Shown here in pieces: positions 48,671 to 58,660 of a DNA stretch of 63,884 bases. Source of the DNA: a bacterium (lineage in GTDB: Bacteria; Verrucomicrobiota; Kiritimatiellia; SPBP01). The notes beneath the pieces were generated by a model. That model did no database searches. It saw only the letters and a program-made list of their open reading frames with translations, and was not told the DNA's origin. Where the stretch lies: the NCBI GenBank assembly GCA_037135275.1, contig JBAXKQ010000002.1:1-63884 (forward strand), written 5' to 3'. The position numbers and the translations under genes are program-made. Numbering within the stretch: the first letter of the stretch is position 1; every line of letters begins with the position of its first letter.

Positions 48671-49690
48671 CTATAGCCCGCTTCCCGCCGGAACGCGGCG
48701 GCCGGAGGCGAAGATGTTGGCTTTCAATCCGCGGACAGCCGATACCAGATGCCTCGCCGACAGCGCGACTACCGATTGCCGGAGGATCTGCCAGTAGCGG
48801 TTTCTGAGGCGGAGCCGGAGCGCATTGGCGTTTGTGAGGCCACCTCCCGATCGAGCCCCGCGCTCCTCGGCCGCAAGCGCCGCCGCAAGCCGGGCATCGA
48901 GGGCGTCAATCGGCCGGCTGCGCAGGTCCCGGATTCTTCCAAGCTGGTGGAGACGGATGGCGTAGAGAGGATGCTCGATACTCAGCGCCTGCGTGATCGT
49001 TGAGGCGACGCCGGTCGTGTATTCCCAGTCCTGGTGGCGGACCAGCGACTCATTCCATGGCCCGAGTCGCCTGCACAGGGTCCTGCGGTAGAATCCCAGC
49101 ACGGCATTGGGCGGCATGCGGTGCATCTTTCCTGCGCCCACCGGGGAGGGCGGGGAAGTCACGATGCGGTTGCTCATCCGGGCACGCGCAAATTCCTCCA
49201 TGCGCGCGTGCTCCACGTTGACGCGCCTTGAAAAGACATAATCCACGGCGGGCGTATCCTTCAGGGCATTCACGCTGGCTTCTGTCTTTTCCGGACAGAG
49301 AATGTCGTCGGAATCAAGGAATTGAATGAACTCGCCCCTGGATTCAATCAGCCCCAGGTTGCGTGCCGCGGGCGCTCCGCCGTGAGACTGAGACAGGAGG
49401 CGGACACGGAACGCGGCATCCTCGTGTTCCCGCTTCCATCTATCCAGCAGGGCCGTGGTTTCATCGGTGGAACCGTCGTCGATGACCAGCACTTCAATGG
49501 GCCGGTACGTCTGGCGCAAGGTTGATTCCAGCGCATAGGGAAGCAGCATTGAACGGTTGTAGGTTGGCACGACTATGGACACGAGGCCGGGCTCGTGGTC
49601 TGCCGCCATCCAACGGCCGTGGACGGTCTGGCTGGCGAAATCCTGTTCCGCGTTCATTCTCTGTGACTGCCTGCAGGATGCATTTTCCAT
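48671..49690 (-). CDS. Glycosyltransferase family 2
   Basis: LVSIVVPTYNRSMLLPYALESTLRQTYRPIEVLVIDDGSTDET and FLDSDD. The exact start is uncertain, with several in-frame Met codons. Confidence 0.8.
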   Translation of the reverse strand: MENASCRQSQRMNAEQDFASQTVHGRWMAADHEPGLVSIVVPTYNRSMLLPYALESTLRQTYRPIEVLVIDDGSTDETTALLDRWKREHEDAAFRVRLLSQSHGGAPAARNLGLIESRGEFIQFLDSDDILCPEKTEASVNALKDTPAVDYVFSRRVNVEHARMEEFARARMSNRIVTSPPSPVGAGKMHRMPPNAVLGFYRRTLCRRLGPWNESLVRHQDWEYTTGVASTITQALSIEHPLYAIRLHQLGRIRDLRSRPIDALDARLAAALAAEERGARSGGGLTNANALRLRLRNRYWQILRQSVVALSARHLVSAVRGLKANIFASGRRVPAGSGL

Positions 49691-49994
49691 GATAGCTCGC
49701 GTGCGCCCGTTTGAATTCGAGGCCGGGAGCTCGCCACCCCGGCAACCACGGCATCGCCTGACCCCGCAGACCTTGTGCGAGGAGGCACGGCGGGCAGCAC
49801 GTGCCGCCTTGAAAGCCGCTCACCGCCGGCTCGGGCGGCAAAAGCGTTTCGAATCTACCCTGAGCCGGCGCTTCTGCGCAATAGTTTTCACAAAGCCACT
49901 GATCCCGGCGTAGCGCCGGCGCGCAATTTTCATCTTCGCTACCGGCTGGGGTTGGTGTAGGATTACACCCAGACAAAACAACAGCGAAGACCGG

Positions 49995-50381
49995 ATGAAT
50001 CGAACAATCATAGCATCGTTTATGTGTATGGCCTTGGCGGTGGCCACATTGGGGTGCGACCCGATGGTCCTTGATGAGGGTGAGCCGACCAATGTGAACA
50101 TCGCCGGGACCTGGTCCTATACAGACACCGGCGGCGGACGATCAACCTGGGTGCTGACGCAGGCTGATGACGATTTGGTGGATGGCACGGGTACGGCAAG
50201 CGAGACAATCACCGGGTACGTACGGGAAGACAACGTCCAGCTGACAGTCATCTACTCCAGCAACCTGACGGCAAGTGTGTCCGGAACCGTTGCGGATGGC
50301 GTGATATCGGGAACCTTTACCAACTCGATCTCGGTTCGTGGAGCCTGGGTGGCTTACGCGATGGATCAAGCTGTGCCGTAG
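49995..50381 (+). CDS. Small lipoprotein, unknown function
   Basis: MNRTIIASFMCMALAVATLGC has a lipobox (LGC). Beta-rich mature part. Confidence 0.55.
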   Translation: MNRTIIASFMCMALAVATLGCDPMVLDEGEPTNVNIAGTWSYTDTGGGRSTWVLTQADDDLVDGTGTASETITGYVREDNVQLTVIYSSNLTASVSGTVADGVISGTFTNSISVRGAWVAYAMDQAVP

Positions 50382-50401
50382 ATTCCCTGTGGAGATGAAA
50401 C

Positions 50402-51208
50402 ATGGCGAGTCTGGTGAGGTGTAGCCTGGTCAGCGAACGGAGACCGGCGATGATGCGGCGGGCGGGGCATGGCTGTCTCCTGTTGCGTTCGATCGGGATG
50501 GCGGTGTTCCTGGCGGGATGTGCCGTGGCGGAGCATTCGTGGTCTGCAGGGCAGGGGACCAACGCTCCGATCACGCCGAAAGAGGTCATGCTCCTCAAGA
50601 ACGAGAGCATTCCACTTCTCATAGAGGGGCAGGTTGCCGGTTACGCGACATATCGGCGCGGGGCTGTGCTGAAGGTGGACGGTGTTGTCGGGGACAAGAT
50701 CGTGGTCGTTGGCGGGGATGAAAAACACCTGATACCGGTCGCATCGACGGATTTCCAGGAGCGGGTCGACCGTCTGGTGAAAGCGCGGCAGCCGGCGGCG
50801 GCCTCTGTCGGGCAGGAGCCGGTGAATGCACGGGATGACGCGAAGCTGAAGGCTCTTGCAAGGAAGTACAGGGCCGGCTTCTTTGTCGGTTCAATAGAGC
50901 GTATCGCCAGGGAAGGATTCTACGTCAAGATTGACTGGATTGGAACGCCGGGAGCTGAATACAAACGCAGGATAGGTTGCCTGGACGACTACAGCTATCC
51001 CGTGGGAACGGTCTTTGTGGCAGGCCTCGACACCTCGGACCTTGAGGTGGGCGACAGGTGGAGCAGCGGCTCCGAAGTGGGCGGTCAATCCGTTTATGGT
51101 GACGGGGTCTTCACGAACTCAGGCGGGCGCGAATGCCTTCGCTACACCCCTGATTTTGAGAAGTACTACACCGCCCTGACCAATGCCTTGCCGGCCGCCA
51201 CGCCCTAG
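50402..51208 (+). CDS. Lipoprotein, unknown function
   Basis: LLLRSIGMAVFLAGC lipobox. 268-aa ORF. The start is uncertain (Met codons at 50402 and about 50447). Confidence 0.5.
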   Translation: MASLVRCSLVSERRPAMMRRAGHGCLLLRSIGMAVFLAGCAVAEHSWSAGQGTNAPITPKEVMLLKNESIPLLIEGQVAGYATYRRGAVLKVDGVVGDKIVVVGGDEKHLIPVASTDFQERVDRLVKARQPAAASVGQEPVNARDDAKLKALARKYRAGFFVGSIERIAREGFYVKIDWIGTPGAEYKRRIGCLDDYSYPVGTVFVAGLDTSDLEVGDRWSSGSEVGGQSVYGDGVFTNSGGRECLRYTPDFEKYYTALTNALPAATP

Positions 51209-51237
51209 CCCTGATACAGCATCGATGGCAGATGTGG

Positions 51238-51323
51238 TGGTGCCCGGGGAGGGAATCGAACCCTCATGACCTTACAGTCGAGGGATTTTAAGTCCCTTGC
51301 GTCTGCCGTTCCGCCACCCGGGC
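51238..51323 (-). tRNA. tRNA-Leu (anticodon UAA), long variable arm, CCA encoded
   Basis: The reverse complement folds as acceptor GCCCGGG/CCCGGGC, anticodon stem AGGGA/TCCCT with loop CT-TAA-AA, variable arm CGACTGTAAGGTCAT, and T arm GAGGG-TTCGATT-CCCTC. Confidence 0.9.
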
Positions 51324-51783
51324 ATGGTTCACAGGCACTCATCCAATAGCAGAGTCGCCTCGAGAACTTCGAGCACAAACGGCAGGATCACGTCAACAGT
51401 GATACAAGAAGTGATGCCACTTTCGCCAGCGTTCTCTGTCCTGGCGCCAGGTGATACCACGTTCGCCCTTCCGTAACCCGCAGTCCGTCATGAACGCACG
51501 CACACGCCCAGAAAGCGACTGTCGGACTTGTGCATTCTCCAATACTCCTTGCGCGCCTCATTGCTGATACGGGTGTGCAGGCAATTCACGCAGCAGAACA
51601 CATCCCGTGGCAAGATGTCATAGGGCAGTTCGAGAACCAGACACTCTTGTTTGTTGGTTATCACTCCTTTGATTGTATGTCGAGAGCAGGTCTGGCGTGC
51701 TTCTTCACGGATTCCCGGTTGCACATTGTCAGAGCATCATGCATAGTGTGCCGAGTTGTTGATGGAAAGAGATTCTCTACACA

Positions 51784-52062
51784 ATGAAGATCAGCGTTCC
51801 CTATCGATTGGCGTTTTGCGTCGCCGCCGCCGCTCTCGTGCTGTTATCCCTTACGACCATTTCGCTTCCGTGTGATGAAGACTGCGAGGTAGAGGCGCCA
51901 ACGTGCGAATGTGCCTGCGTATGCCACGGTATCGACGTTGCAGTAGCACCGGAAAACTATGTCTTGTTTGGCGTGAACATCGTGCGATACGCCGGACAAC
52001 TGGAATCATCATTGCGAACCTTTCTCTTGAGCGCCGACATCTTCCGGCCGCCAATCGTTTAG
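51784..52062 (+). CDS. Small Cys-rich exported protein preceding the heavy-metal efflux operon
   Basis: Signal-like MKISVPYRLAFCVAAAALVLLSL, then PCDEDCEVEAPTCECACVCHG (six Cys and one His in 20 residues). Confidence 0.45.
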   Translation: MKISVPYRLAFCVAAAALVLLSLTTISLPCDEDCEVEAPTCECACVCHGIDVAVAPENYVLFGVNIVRYAGQLESSLRTFLLSADIFRPPIV

Positions 52063-52225
52063 ACCAATCGGGCGGCATGCGCGTCACTCCACTGCGGGCT
52101 CTTGTCAGCCCGCGCGTTTGAGTAAACCCCGTCCGCTCTTTCGTACTCACAGCCAGGATCTGTCTGGCGCCGCCATCCCAGGCTATCCGTTGTTGACGCC
52201 ATAGAAAGGAACTCGTAGAGGACAC

Positions 52226-53503
52226 ATGACAAAACAAAAACACCACAGTGCGTTGCTGCTTCTCCTCACCGTGTGCCACGGCCTTTGCCTGGCGGTACAT
52301 GCGGCCGAGGAACCCACCGGCATACTTACACTCGCCCAGGCCCTCGCGCTGGCTGAAGAACGCTACCCGGAGCTGAATTCCGCGCGCCTGGACGTGCATG
52401 CCGCTGAGTGTCGAGTCACCAGGGCCTCGACACGCCAGAATCCCACACTCTCGTTCGAAGCAGAGAACTTCGGCGGCAAGGATGAACAGAAAGGCTTCGA
52501 CACGGCCGAATACACCGCCCAGCTCGAGCAAACCATGGAACTGGGCGGCAAACGCGGCAAGCGCATCCGTGTTGCGCAATCCGAGCAGAAGCTCAGCACC
52601 CTGGACATGCAGAGGACGCGCCTTGATGGTCGTGCGGAGACAGCTCGCAGGTTCATCTCTCTCCTCGGCGCCCAAGAGCAGGTGGCGCTGGGCAGGGAAT
52701 CGCTGGTTCTTGCTGAGGAATTAGTGCAGGCGGTTGCCGCCCGCGTATGTGCCGGCAAGGGATCGCCAATGGATGAGGACAAGGCGCGTATCCTCCTGGC
52801 GCAGGAAAAGGCGGCTCTTGAGACGGCGCAAGGGCAACACGAGGTGGCTCGTGTTCAATTGGCCGCCATGTGGGGAAGCGCCAGCCCGCGCTTCGACCGG
52901 GCAGCTGGCGACCTTCAGACCGTCCCGCCAGTTCCGGATTTGCCGGGCCTGGTAGTTCGTCTGGCCGCCAATCCCGACCTGGCCCGCTGGGCCGCCGCAG
53001 TCGAACAGTGCAGGGCGGTACTGGCGCGGGAGAGAGCCGCGAGACTGCCCGACGTTACGCTTGCAGGCGGTGTTCGCCGGTCCGCCGAAACGGACAGTCA
53101 GGCCTTCCTCGCAAGCCTTTCAATCCCATTGCCTGTCTTTGACAGCAATCAGGGGAACGTACATGAAGCCAAGCTCATCCTCGAAAAGGTGGAACAACAG
53201 AGCCGCACCGCAGAGACGGCGGCGGCCGCGGCGCTCACTGAAGCGCATCAAACTCTCTCGACTGCGTTGAACCGGATCACCACCCTCAAGAACGAGGTAA
53301 TCCCCCGCTCCAAGGCTGTTTTCGACGCCGTTCAGACTGGTTACGCCGAGGGGAAGTTCGGCTATCTCGAAGTCCTGGATGCAAGGCGCACGTTCTTTGG
53401 CGCCCGTGGAGAATACGGCCAGGCCCTCGTGTCGGGACAGAAGGCGATGATAGATGTTGAACGAATTGTCGGGGGCGCCTTATCCGTTCCCGGGAAGAAC
53501 TGA
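52226..53503 (+). CDS. czcC: Outer membrane efflux protein (TolC family, CzcC-like)
   Basis: 425 aa. Signal peptide, then two OEP-type repeats (LTLAQALALAEERYPELN...; ...NPDLARWAAAVEQCRAVLARE...). Confidence 0.8.
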   Translation: MTKQKHHSALLLLLTVCHGLCLAVHAAEEPTGILTLAQALALAEERYPELNSARLDVHAAECRVTRASTRQNPTLSFEAENFGGKDEQKGFDTAEYTAQLEQTMELGGKRGKRIRVAQSEQKLSTLDMQRTRLDGRAETARRFISLLGAQEQVALGRESLVLAEELVQAVAARVCAGKGSPMDEDKARILLAQEKAALETAQGQHEVARVQLAAMWGSASPRFDRAAGDLQTVPPVPDLPGLVVRLAANPDLARWAAAVEQCRAVLARERAARLPDVTLAGGVRRSAETDSQAFLASLSIPLPVFDSNQGNVHEAKLILEKVEQQSRTAETAAAAALTEAHQTLSTALNRITTLKNEVIPRSKAVFDAVQTGYAEGKFGYLEVLDARRTFFGARGEYGQALVSGQKAMIDVERIVGGALSVPGKN

Positions 53504-53527
53504 AGTAATCTCAAGGAGGCAAGGGCG

Positions 53528-54841
53528 ATGATGAAGCATGTCGGGCTGTGGCTGGTTGTCGTTGGTGTTTCTCTCGGGGTGGTCGGCTGCAACAGGAATG
53601 TGGCGGTGCCAGGCGGTGAAGCCGGCTCCGCAGGTGAAGAGCAGGAGTTCGCCGTGGGCGATCTAACGGCCGAACAGGTGATGCAGGCCAAGTGCCCCCA
53701 CGGGCTCACGATCGAATGCGCCGAGTGTCGCTACGAGGTCGGTGTCGTCAAGGTGGATCCATCGCTCACGAAGCAGGCCGAAGGCTCTGGCGCCGGCTTG
53801 GTCACAACCATGCAGGTGGCGAAGCGCAATATGACTACGGCCGTTGACATCACCGGCGAAATCCGGATGAACGAGAACACAGCCGTGCATGTCAGTCCGC
53901 GGATTCCAGGCATCATTCGCGCCGTTAACGTGGATATCGGGGCCGAGGTCGGGAAGGATGACGTCCTTTTCACCGTGGACAGCGTCGAACTCGCCCAGGC
54001 GCTCAGCGACTACGAGAGGAATGTCACTTTGGCGGAACTCTCAGGCAGGATGTTCCAAAGGGAGAAGAGCCTCTATGAACAGAAGGTCGCATCAGAAAGC
54101 GACATGATCGAGGCGCAGATGCGGTTCGAGGAGCATCAGGCAGCCCGCAAGGCGTCTGAACAGCAACTCCACGTGTTCGGTTTGTCCGCGAGCGATATTG
54201 CCGCTCTGAATCCCACCAACCATAGCAGTCCAAGCGGCGCGCTCGCCGTCCGTGCGCCGATGAGTGGCACCGTTATTGAGAAACACGCGGTCGTGGGAGA
54301 ACTGGTTGAGCCCGGAAAAGACGTCATGATCGTGACCGACCTCAACAGCGTGTGGATGTGGGGTGGCGTATATGAACGTGATCTGGGACTTCTGCTGAAA
54401 CGAAACCTGGCCGAAGGAGTCCCCGTGGAAATATCCGTTCCCGCCTTTCCCGGGACCATCTTCCATGGCCGGATGAATCACATGGGTTCCGTCATGGACG
54501 AGGCCACGCGCACAGTTCCGGTGCGGACCGTCATCGACAACAGTGACCGGCGTTTGCGGCCGGGGATGTTCTGCCAGGCCCGAATCGTCGTAAATACCGA
54601 CGAAGAAGTGCTGGCCATTCCGAAGGTGGCGCTGCTCTCGGATGAGGGAGTTGATTTCGTTTTCACGCACATGAAGGATGACTATTTTCTCCGGCGGAAC
54701 GTGACGAAGGGACGTGAGTTCGTGGACGGCGTCGAAATCCTGAAAGGCCTGACGCCGGGCGAGACCATCGTCACCGAGGGCGCATTTCCCCTGAAATCCG
54801 ATGTGCTGCGCTCCAAAATGGGGGCGGGTTGCGCCGATTGA
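53528..54841 (+). CDS. czcB: Efflux RND periplasmic adaptor (MFP, CzcB/CusB-like), lipoprotein
   Basis: Lipobox GVVGC. HlyD_D23-type barrel-sandwich/hairpin region (VRAPMSGTVIEKHAVVGELVEPGKDVMIV). N-terminal CPHG...CAEC motif. Confidence 0.8.
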   Translation: MMKHVGLWLVVVGVSLGVVGCNRNVAVPGGEAGSAGEEQEFAVGDLTAEQVMQAKCPHGLTIECAECRYEVGVVKVDPSLTKQAEGSGAGLVTTMQVAKRNMTTAVDITGEIRMNENTAVHVSPRIPGIIRAVNVDIGAEVGKDDVLFTVDSVELAQALSDYERNVTLAELSGRMFQREKSLYEQKVASESDMIEAQMRFEEHQAARKASEQQLHVFGLSASDIAALNPTNHSSPSGALAVRAPMSGTVIEKHAVVGELVEPGKDVMIVTDLNSVWMWGGVYERDLGLLLKRNLAEGVPVEISVPAFPGTIFHGRMNHMGSVMDEATRTVPVRTVIDNSDRRLRPGMFCQARIVVNTDEEVLAIPKVALLSDEGVDFVFTHMKDDYFLRRNVTKGREFVDGVEILKGLTPGETIVTEGAFPLKSDVLRSKMGAGCAD

Positions 54842-54878
54842 CGAATAGTGTTCGGGGTTTCTCTAAAGGAATACTCTT

Positions 54879-57800
54879 ATGAATCAACTCATTAAGTTCA
54901 TTCTCGCACAACGGCTTCTGGTCATCATGGCCTTCGCCGTGCTGTCTGTCGCCGGCATCCTGGCGTGGCGGACACTGCCGATCGACGCTTTTCCTGACGT
55001 TACAAATGTGCAGGTCATGGTCCTGACGGAGGCGCCGGGTCTCGCCTCGGTGGACGTTGAACAGCGCGTGACATTTCCCGTGGAACTGTCCGTGCAAGGC
55101 TTGCCAAAGGTCCGGCAGATTCGCTCCATGTCAAAAGCGGGATTCTCCCAGGTCATCGTGGCCTTCGAGGATGACGTGGATATCTACTTTGCCCGGCAAC
55201 TGGTTTTTGAACGGCTCCAGGCCGCAAAGGAGCAGCTCCCTGAGGGGGTTGAGCCCGAAATGGGGCCCATCAGCACGGGACTGGGCGAGATCTATCAGTA
55301 CACGCTGGAGAGTGACCGCCGCTCACCCATGGAGTTGCGCACCCTTCAGGACTGGCTCATCGCACCACAACTCCGATCCATTGCCGGCGTGAACGAGGTC
55401 AATAGCTTCGGCGGTTTCGTGAAGCAGTACCACGTGCTGGTGGATCCAGCGCGTCTGCAGAAGTACCGGCTTTCGTTGAAGGATGTCCTCGACGGCCTGG
55501 AGAACAACAATGCCAACGCCGGCGGCAACTTCATCACCAGGGGCTGGGAACAGGCGTATGTCCGCAGCGTGGGAATGATTCAGCAGATCGAGGACATTGA
55601 GAACATCGTCCTGCACGCCAACGACGGTACTCCTGTGTACTTGAAGGATATCGCCGACGTGAAGATCGGCCCGCAGACGAGACAGGGCGCCGTCACACAG
55701 GACGGCCGCGGTGAAACCGTGGCAGGCATGGCCATCATGCTGCGCGGTTCGAACTCGAAGGTGGTTGTGGACAGCGTCAAGAAGGCGATACCGGACATTC
55801 AGGCCAGCCTGCCCAGGGACGTGAGCATCAAGCCGTTCTACGATCGCACCTCGCTGATCCAGGCCTGTATCGAGACGGTCGCAAAGGCGTTACGGGAGGG
55901 CGCCTTCTTTGTGGTCCTTGTCCTCTTTCTCCTGCTCGGGAACTTCCGCGGCGCCCTGATCGTCGCGCTGTCGCTGCCCTTCACCGCATTCTTCACGTTC
56001 GTTCTCATGGGCTGGCAGGGCGTCACGGCCAACCTGATGAGCCTGGGAGGGCTGGCTATCGCAATCGGAATGGTCGTCGACGCGTCCATCGTCGTTGCCG
56101 AGAACATTGCGCGACACCTGACTGAGAGGGCTGGATCCGGTGTGCCGCGGCTCATCATCATCCAGGAAGCGGTACGCGAGGTGGCGCGCCCCGTTATCTT
56201 TGCCATCCTGATCATCATCATCGTGTTCCTTCCGCTCTTCACGCTTGAGCAGATGGAGGGGAAGATGTTCAAGCCACTGGCGACAACCATGTGCTTCGCG
56301 CTATTGGGGTCTTTGCTGGTGGCACTCACCATCATCCCCGTACTGTGTTCGCTATTCCTGCGCGGCCACGCAACCACGCGCGACAGCTTTTCGCTTCGCC
56401 AATTGAAGCGTTTGTACCTGCCCGTACTTTCGCTGGCGCTCAAGTACCGCAGAACTACCGTGGCCGTGGCTCTTGCCATCTTCGTCGCCACCCTGGCGCT
56501 CGTGCCCCTCCTGGGAACGGAGTTCCTGCCGCAATTGAACGAGGGTGCAATCGCGATCAACGTGGTTCGACTCCCTTCCGCATCGCTTGAAGGTTCCGTG
56601 GCGGTCGGAACGGCCATGGAGCAACGTCTCCGCAGGTTCCCGGAGATCGAGACCATCGTCACCAAGACGGGCCGTGCCGAGATTTCCGAGGATCCCATGG
56701 GGCCGGAGCAGAACGATCTGGTGATCATGCTTCATCCGGAGAAGGAGTGGAAGACGGGGCGGACGAAGGAGGAGCTTGTTGCCGCGATCAAGGAGGATCT
56801 CGCTGCGATTCCAGGGGTGCGACTGTCATTCTCGCAGCCGATTGCCTTGCGTGTGAACGAACTGATATCCGGGGTCAAGAGCGATCTCGCCGTGAAGCTC
56901 TTCGGTCCTGATCTGGACGTCCTCAAACCACAAACCGACAGGATTGCCGCCATTATCGGCGGCATTCCCGGCGCCGAGGACGTCAAGGTTGAACAGATCT
57001 CCGGTGCCGCGCAGGTTCAAGTCGCCGTGGACCGCAAAGCCATCGCCCGCTACAAGATCAACGTGGCGGACGTTAACGACCTGATTGAAACGGCTGTTGG
57101 CGGCAGGGTTGCCACAACCGTCATCGAGGGGCAGATGCGTTTTGCCGTGCTGATGCGGTTCCCCGAGAAAGATCGCGGAGACATCGCAGCACTGGAACGG
57201 CTTCTGGTGCCTTCCCCGGACGGCACGCTGGTTCCGCTGGCTCAACTCGCCCGGATCCAGGCCGTGGAAGGCCCCGCCCAGATCAGTCGGGAAAAAGGCA
57301 TGCGGCGTGTGATCGTGGAATGCAACATCCGCGGTCGGGACATGGGCAGCTTTGTGGCTGAAGTCAAACGGAGCCTTCAGCCTGTTGTCAGCACGCTCCA
57401 GACGGGCTACTTCATCGAGTATGGCGGCCAGTTCGAGAACCAGCAACGAGCCATGAAACGACTCGGAATAGTGGTGCCGATATCCATTGGCCTGATTTTC
57501 CTCATGCTGCTCTCCGGGCTCGGCACCCTCCGAAGTGCCCTGATGGTCTTCGCGAACCTGCCATTTGCCCTCGTCGGCGGCATCCTGGCCATGGTTCTGC
57601 TCCAGATCAATTTGAGCGTGTCGGCTGCTATCGGGTTCATTGCCCTCTTTGGAACAGCTGTCGGCAACGGGGTCGTGCTGGTTACTTTCTTCAACCAACT
57701 CAGGCAACAGGGCATGAGCACGGACGAGGTGGTCAGGAAGGGCTGCGAACTTCGATTCCGCCCCCTGCTCATGACGGCGCTTGCGATGCTGCTAGGCCTG

Positions 57801-57965
57801 GTGCCCATGCTCTTCGCCACCGGCAGCGGCTCGGAGATTCAGCGCCCGCTGGCCGCCGTCGTTCTCGGTGGCTTGATCTCCTCAATGCTCCTGACCCTCG
57901 TCGTTCTGCCGGCCATCTATCACCTGGTCGAATCACGACGCGAACGTGCGGAAACGAATGCCTGA
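54879..57965 (+). CDS. czcA: Heavy-metal efflux RND transporter (CusA/CzcA, HME family)
   Basis: 1028 aa. MNQLIKFILAQRLLVIMAFAVLSVAGILAW..IDAFPDVTNVQVMV is the typical HME N-terminus. 12-TM layout. Confidence 0.9.
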   Translation: MNQLIKFILAQRLLVIMAFAVLSVAGILAWRTLPIDAFPDVTNVQVMVLTEAPGLASVDVEQRVTFPVELSVQGLPKVRQIRSMSKAGFSQVIVAFEDDVDIYFARQLVFERLQAAKEQLPEGVEPEMGPISTGLGEIYQYTLESDRRSPMELRTLQDWLIAPQLRSIAGVNEVNSFGGFVKQYHVLVDPARLQKYRLSLKDVLDGLENNNANAGGNFITRGWEQAYVRSVGMIQQIEDIENIVLHANDGTPVYLKDIADVKIGPQTRQGAVTQDGRGETVAGMAIMLRGSNSKVVVDSVKKAIPDIQASLPRDVSIKPFYDRTSLIQACIETVAKALREGAFFVVLVLFLLLGNFRGALIVALSLPFTAFFTFVLMGWQGVTANLMSLGGLAIAIGMVVDASIVVAENIARHLTERAGSGVPRLIIIQEAVREVARPVIFAILIIIIVFLPLFTLEQMEGKMFKPLATTMCFALLGSLLVALTIIPVLCSLFLRGHATTRDSFSLRQLKRLYLPVLSLALKYRRTTVAVALAIFVATLALVPLLGTEFLPQLNEGAIAINVVRLPSASLEGSVAVGTAMEQRLRRFPEIETIVTKTGRAEISEDPMGPEQNDLVIMLHPEKEWKTGRTKEELVAAIKEDLAAIPGVRLSFSQPIALRVNELISGVKSDLAVKLFGPDLDVLKPQTDRIAAIIGGIPGAEDVKVEQISGAAQVQVAVDRKAIARYKINVADVNDLIETAVGGRVATTVIEGQMRFAVLMRFPEKDRGDIAALERLLVPSPDGTLVPLAQLARIQAVEGPAQISREKGMRRVIVECNIRGRDMGSFVAEVKRSLQPVVSTLQTGYFIEYGGQFENQQRAMKRLGIVVPISIGLIFLMLLSGLGTLRSALMVFANLPFALVGGILAMVLLQINLSVSAAIGFIALFGTAVGNGVVLVTFFNQLRQQGMSTDEVVRKGCELRFRPLLMTALAMLLGLVPMLFATGSGSEIQRPLAAVVLGGLISSMLLTLVVLPAIYHLVESRRERAETNA

Positions 57966-57998
57966 ACCCTTAACAACAAACACAGGAGGCAGTCTGAA

Positions 57999-58340
57999 AT
58001 GAAACTGATCACTGCATACATCCAGCCATTCATGGCCGAGAAAGTCACAGATGCTCTACGAACCGCGAGTGTTCGCGATGTCACCCTGGTTGCTTGCCAA
58101 GGCTTCGGTGGCGTTTCCGGGGAAGGGGCCCCGTGCTATCTCGATGAAGGAACTGAGTTCGGCTTCGCGAACAGGACCAAAATCGAGATCTTATGCGGCG
58201 ATGCGGCGGTCGAGGAGACAATTGCCATCATCCGCGACCACGCCCATACTGGCCACCAGGGCGATGGCAGGATACTCGTCTCAGATGTCGGAGTGGTCGT
58301 GGATATACGAACGGGCAATCGCGGAGTGGACATCCTCTGA
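57999..58340 (+). CDS. P-II (GlnB)-like signal transduction family protein
   Basis: 113 aa. MKLITAYIQPFMAEKVTDAL...IEILCGDAAVEETIAIIRDHAHTGHQGDGRILVSDV matches the PII fold pattern with a divergent T-loop. Confidence 0.6.
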   Translation: MKLITAYIQPFMAEKVTDALRTASVRDVTLVACQGFGGVSGEGAPCYLDEGTEFGFANRTKIEILCGDAAVEETIAIIRDHAHTGHQGDGRILVSDVGVVVDIRTGNRGVDIL

Positions 58341-58405
58341 AAAGCAATCGTGGACGGCCAAACGCGGCGCCCCTGCCGCATGTGCCGACTGAAAGGAGAA
58401 CAAGA

Positions 58406-58660
58406 ATGATGTGGCATGCTTTCCATGAATCCCTCTTTTTCGTCGGGCTGATCACGTTCCTGTTCAGCTTTCTGGGCCTCTTGATCAGGGACTTGGACAA
58501 CCCGTTCGGTTACTACGATGGCGCGTCCGGCGAGGACGTGTCGCTCAGACCTCTCGGCGCCACGGCCGATCGACTGCGCGACGCTACGGCCGATCACCAC
58601 GCCGCAGGGCGGGAGATGTCCGCTCAACCGGTGGGCGCATTCTCCGTCACCAATGCATGA
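58406..58660 (+). CDS. Short membrane ORF resembling the C-terminal part of DUF4239 proteins (possible fragment)
   Basis: AAAGGAGA RBS before ATG 58406. FFVGLITFLFSFLGLLIRDLDNPFGYY. Only 84 aa. The family call is from memory. Confidence 0.3.
   Translation: MMWHAFHESLFFVGLITFLFSFLGLLIRDLDNPFGYYDGASGEDVSLRPLGATADRLRDATADHHAAGREMSAQPVGAFSVTNA

Noticed and set aside
51324-51783. tRNA-Leu-associated genomic island with an integrase remnant (small ORF 51488-51724, CxxC-containing)
   Set aside because: No integrase or recombinase motifs were recognised. The efflux genes lie on the 5' side of the tRNA rather than at its 3' end, where integrative elements normally insert. No repeat of the tRNA 3' end was noticed.
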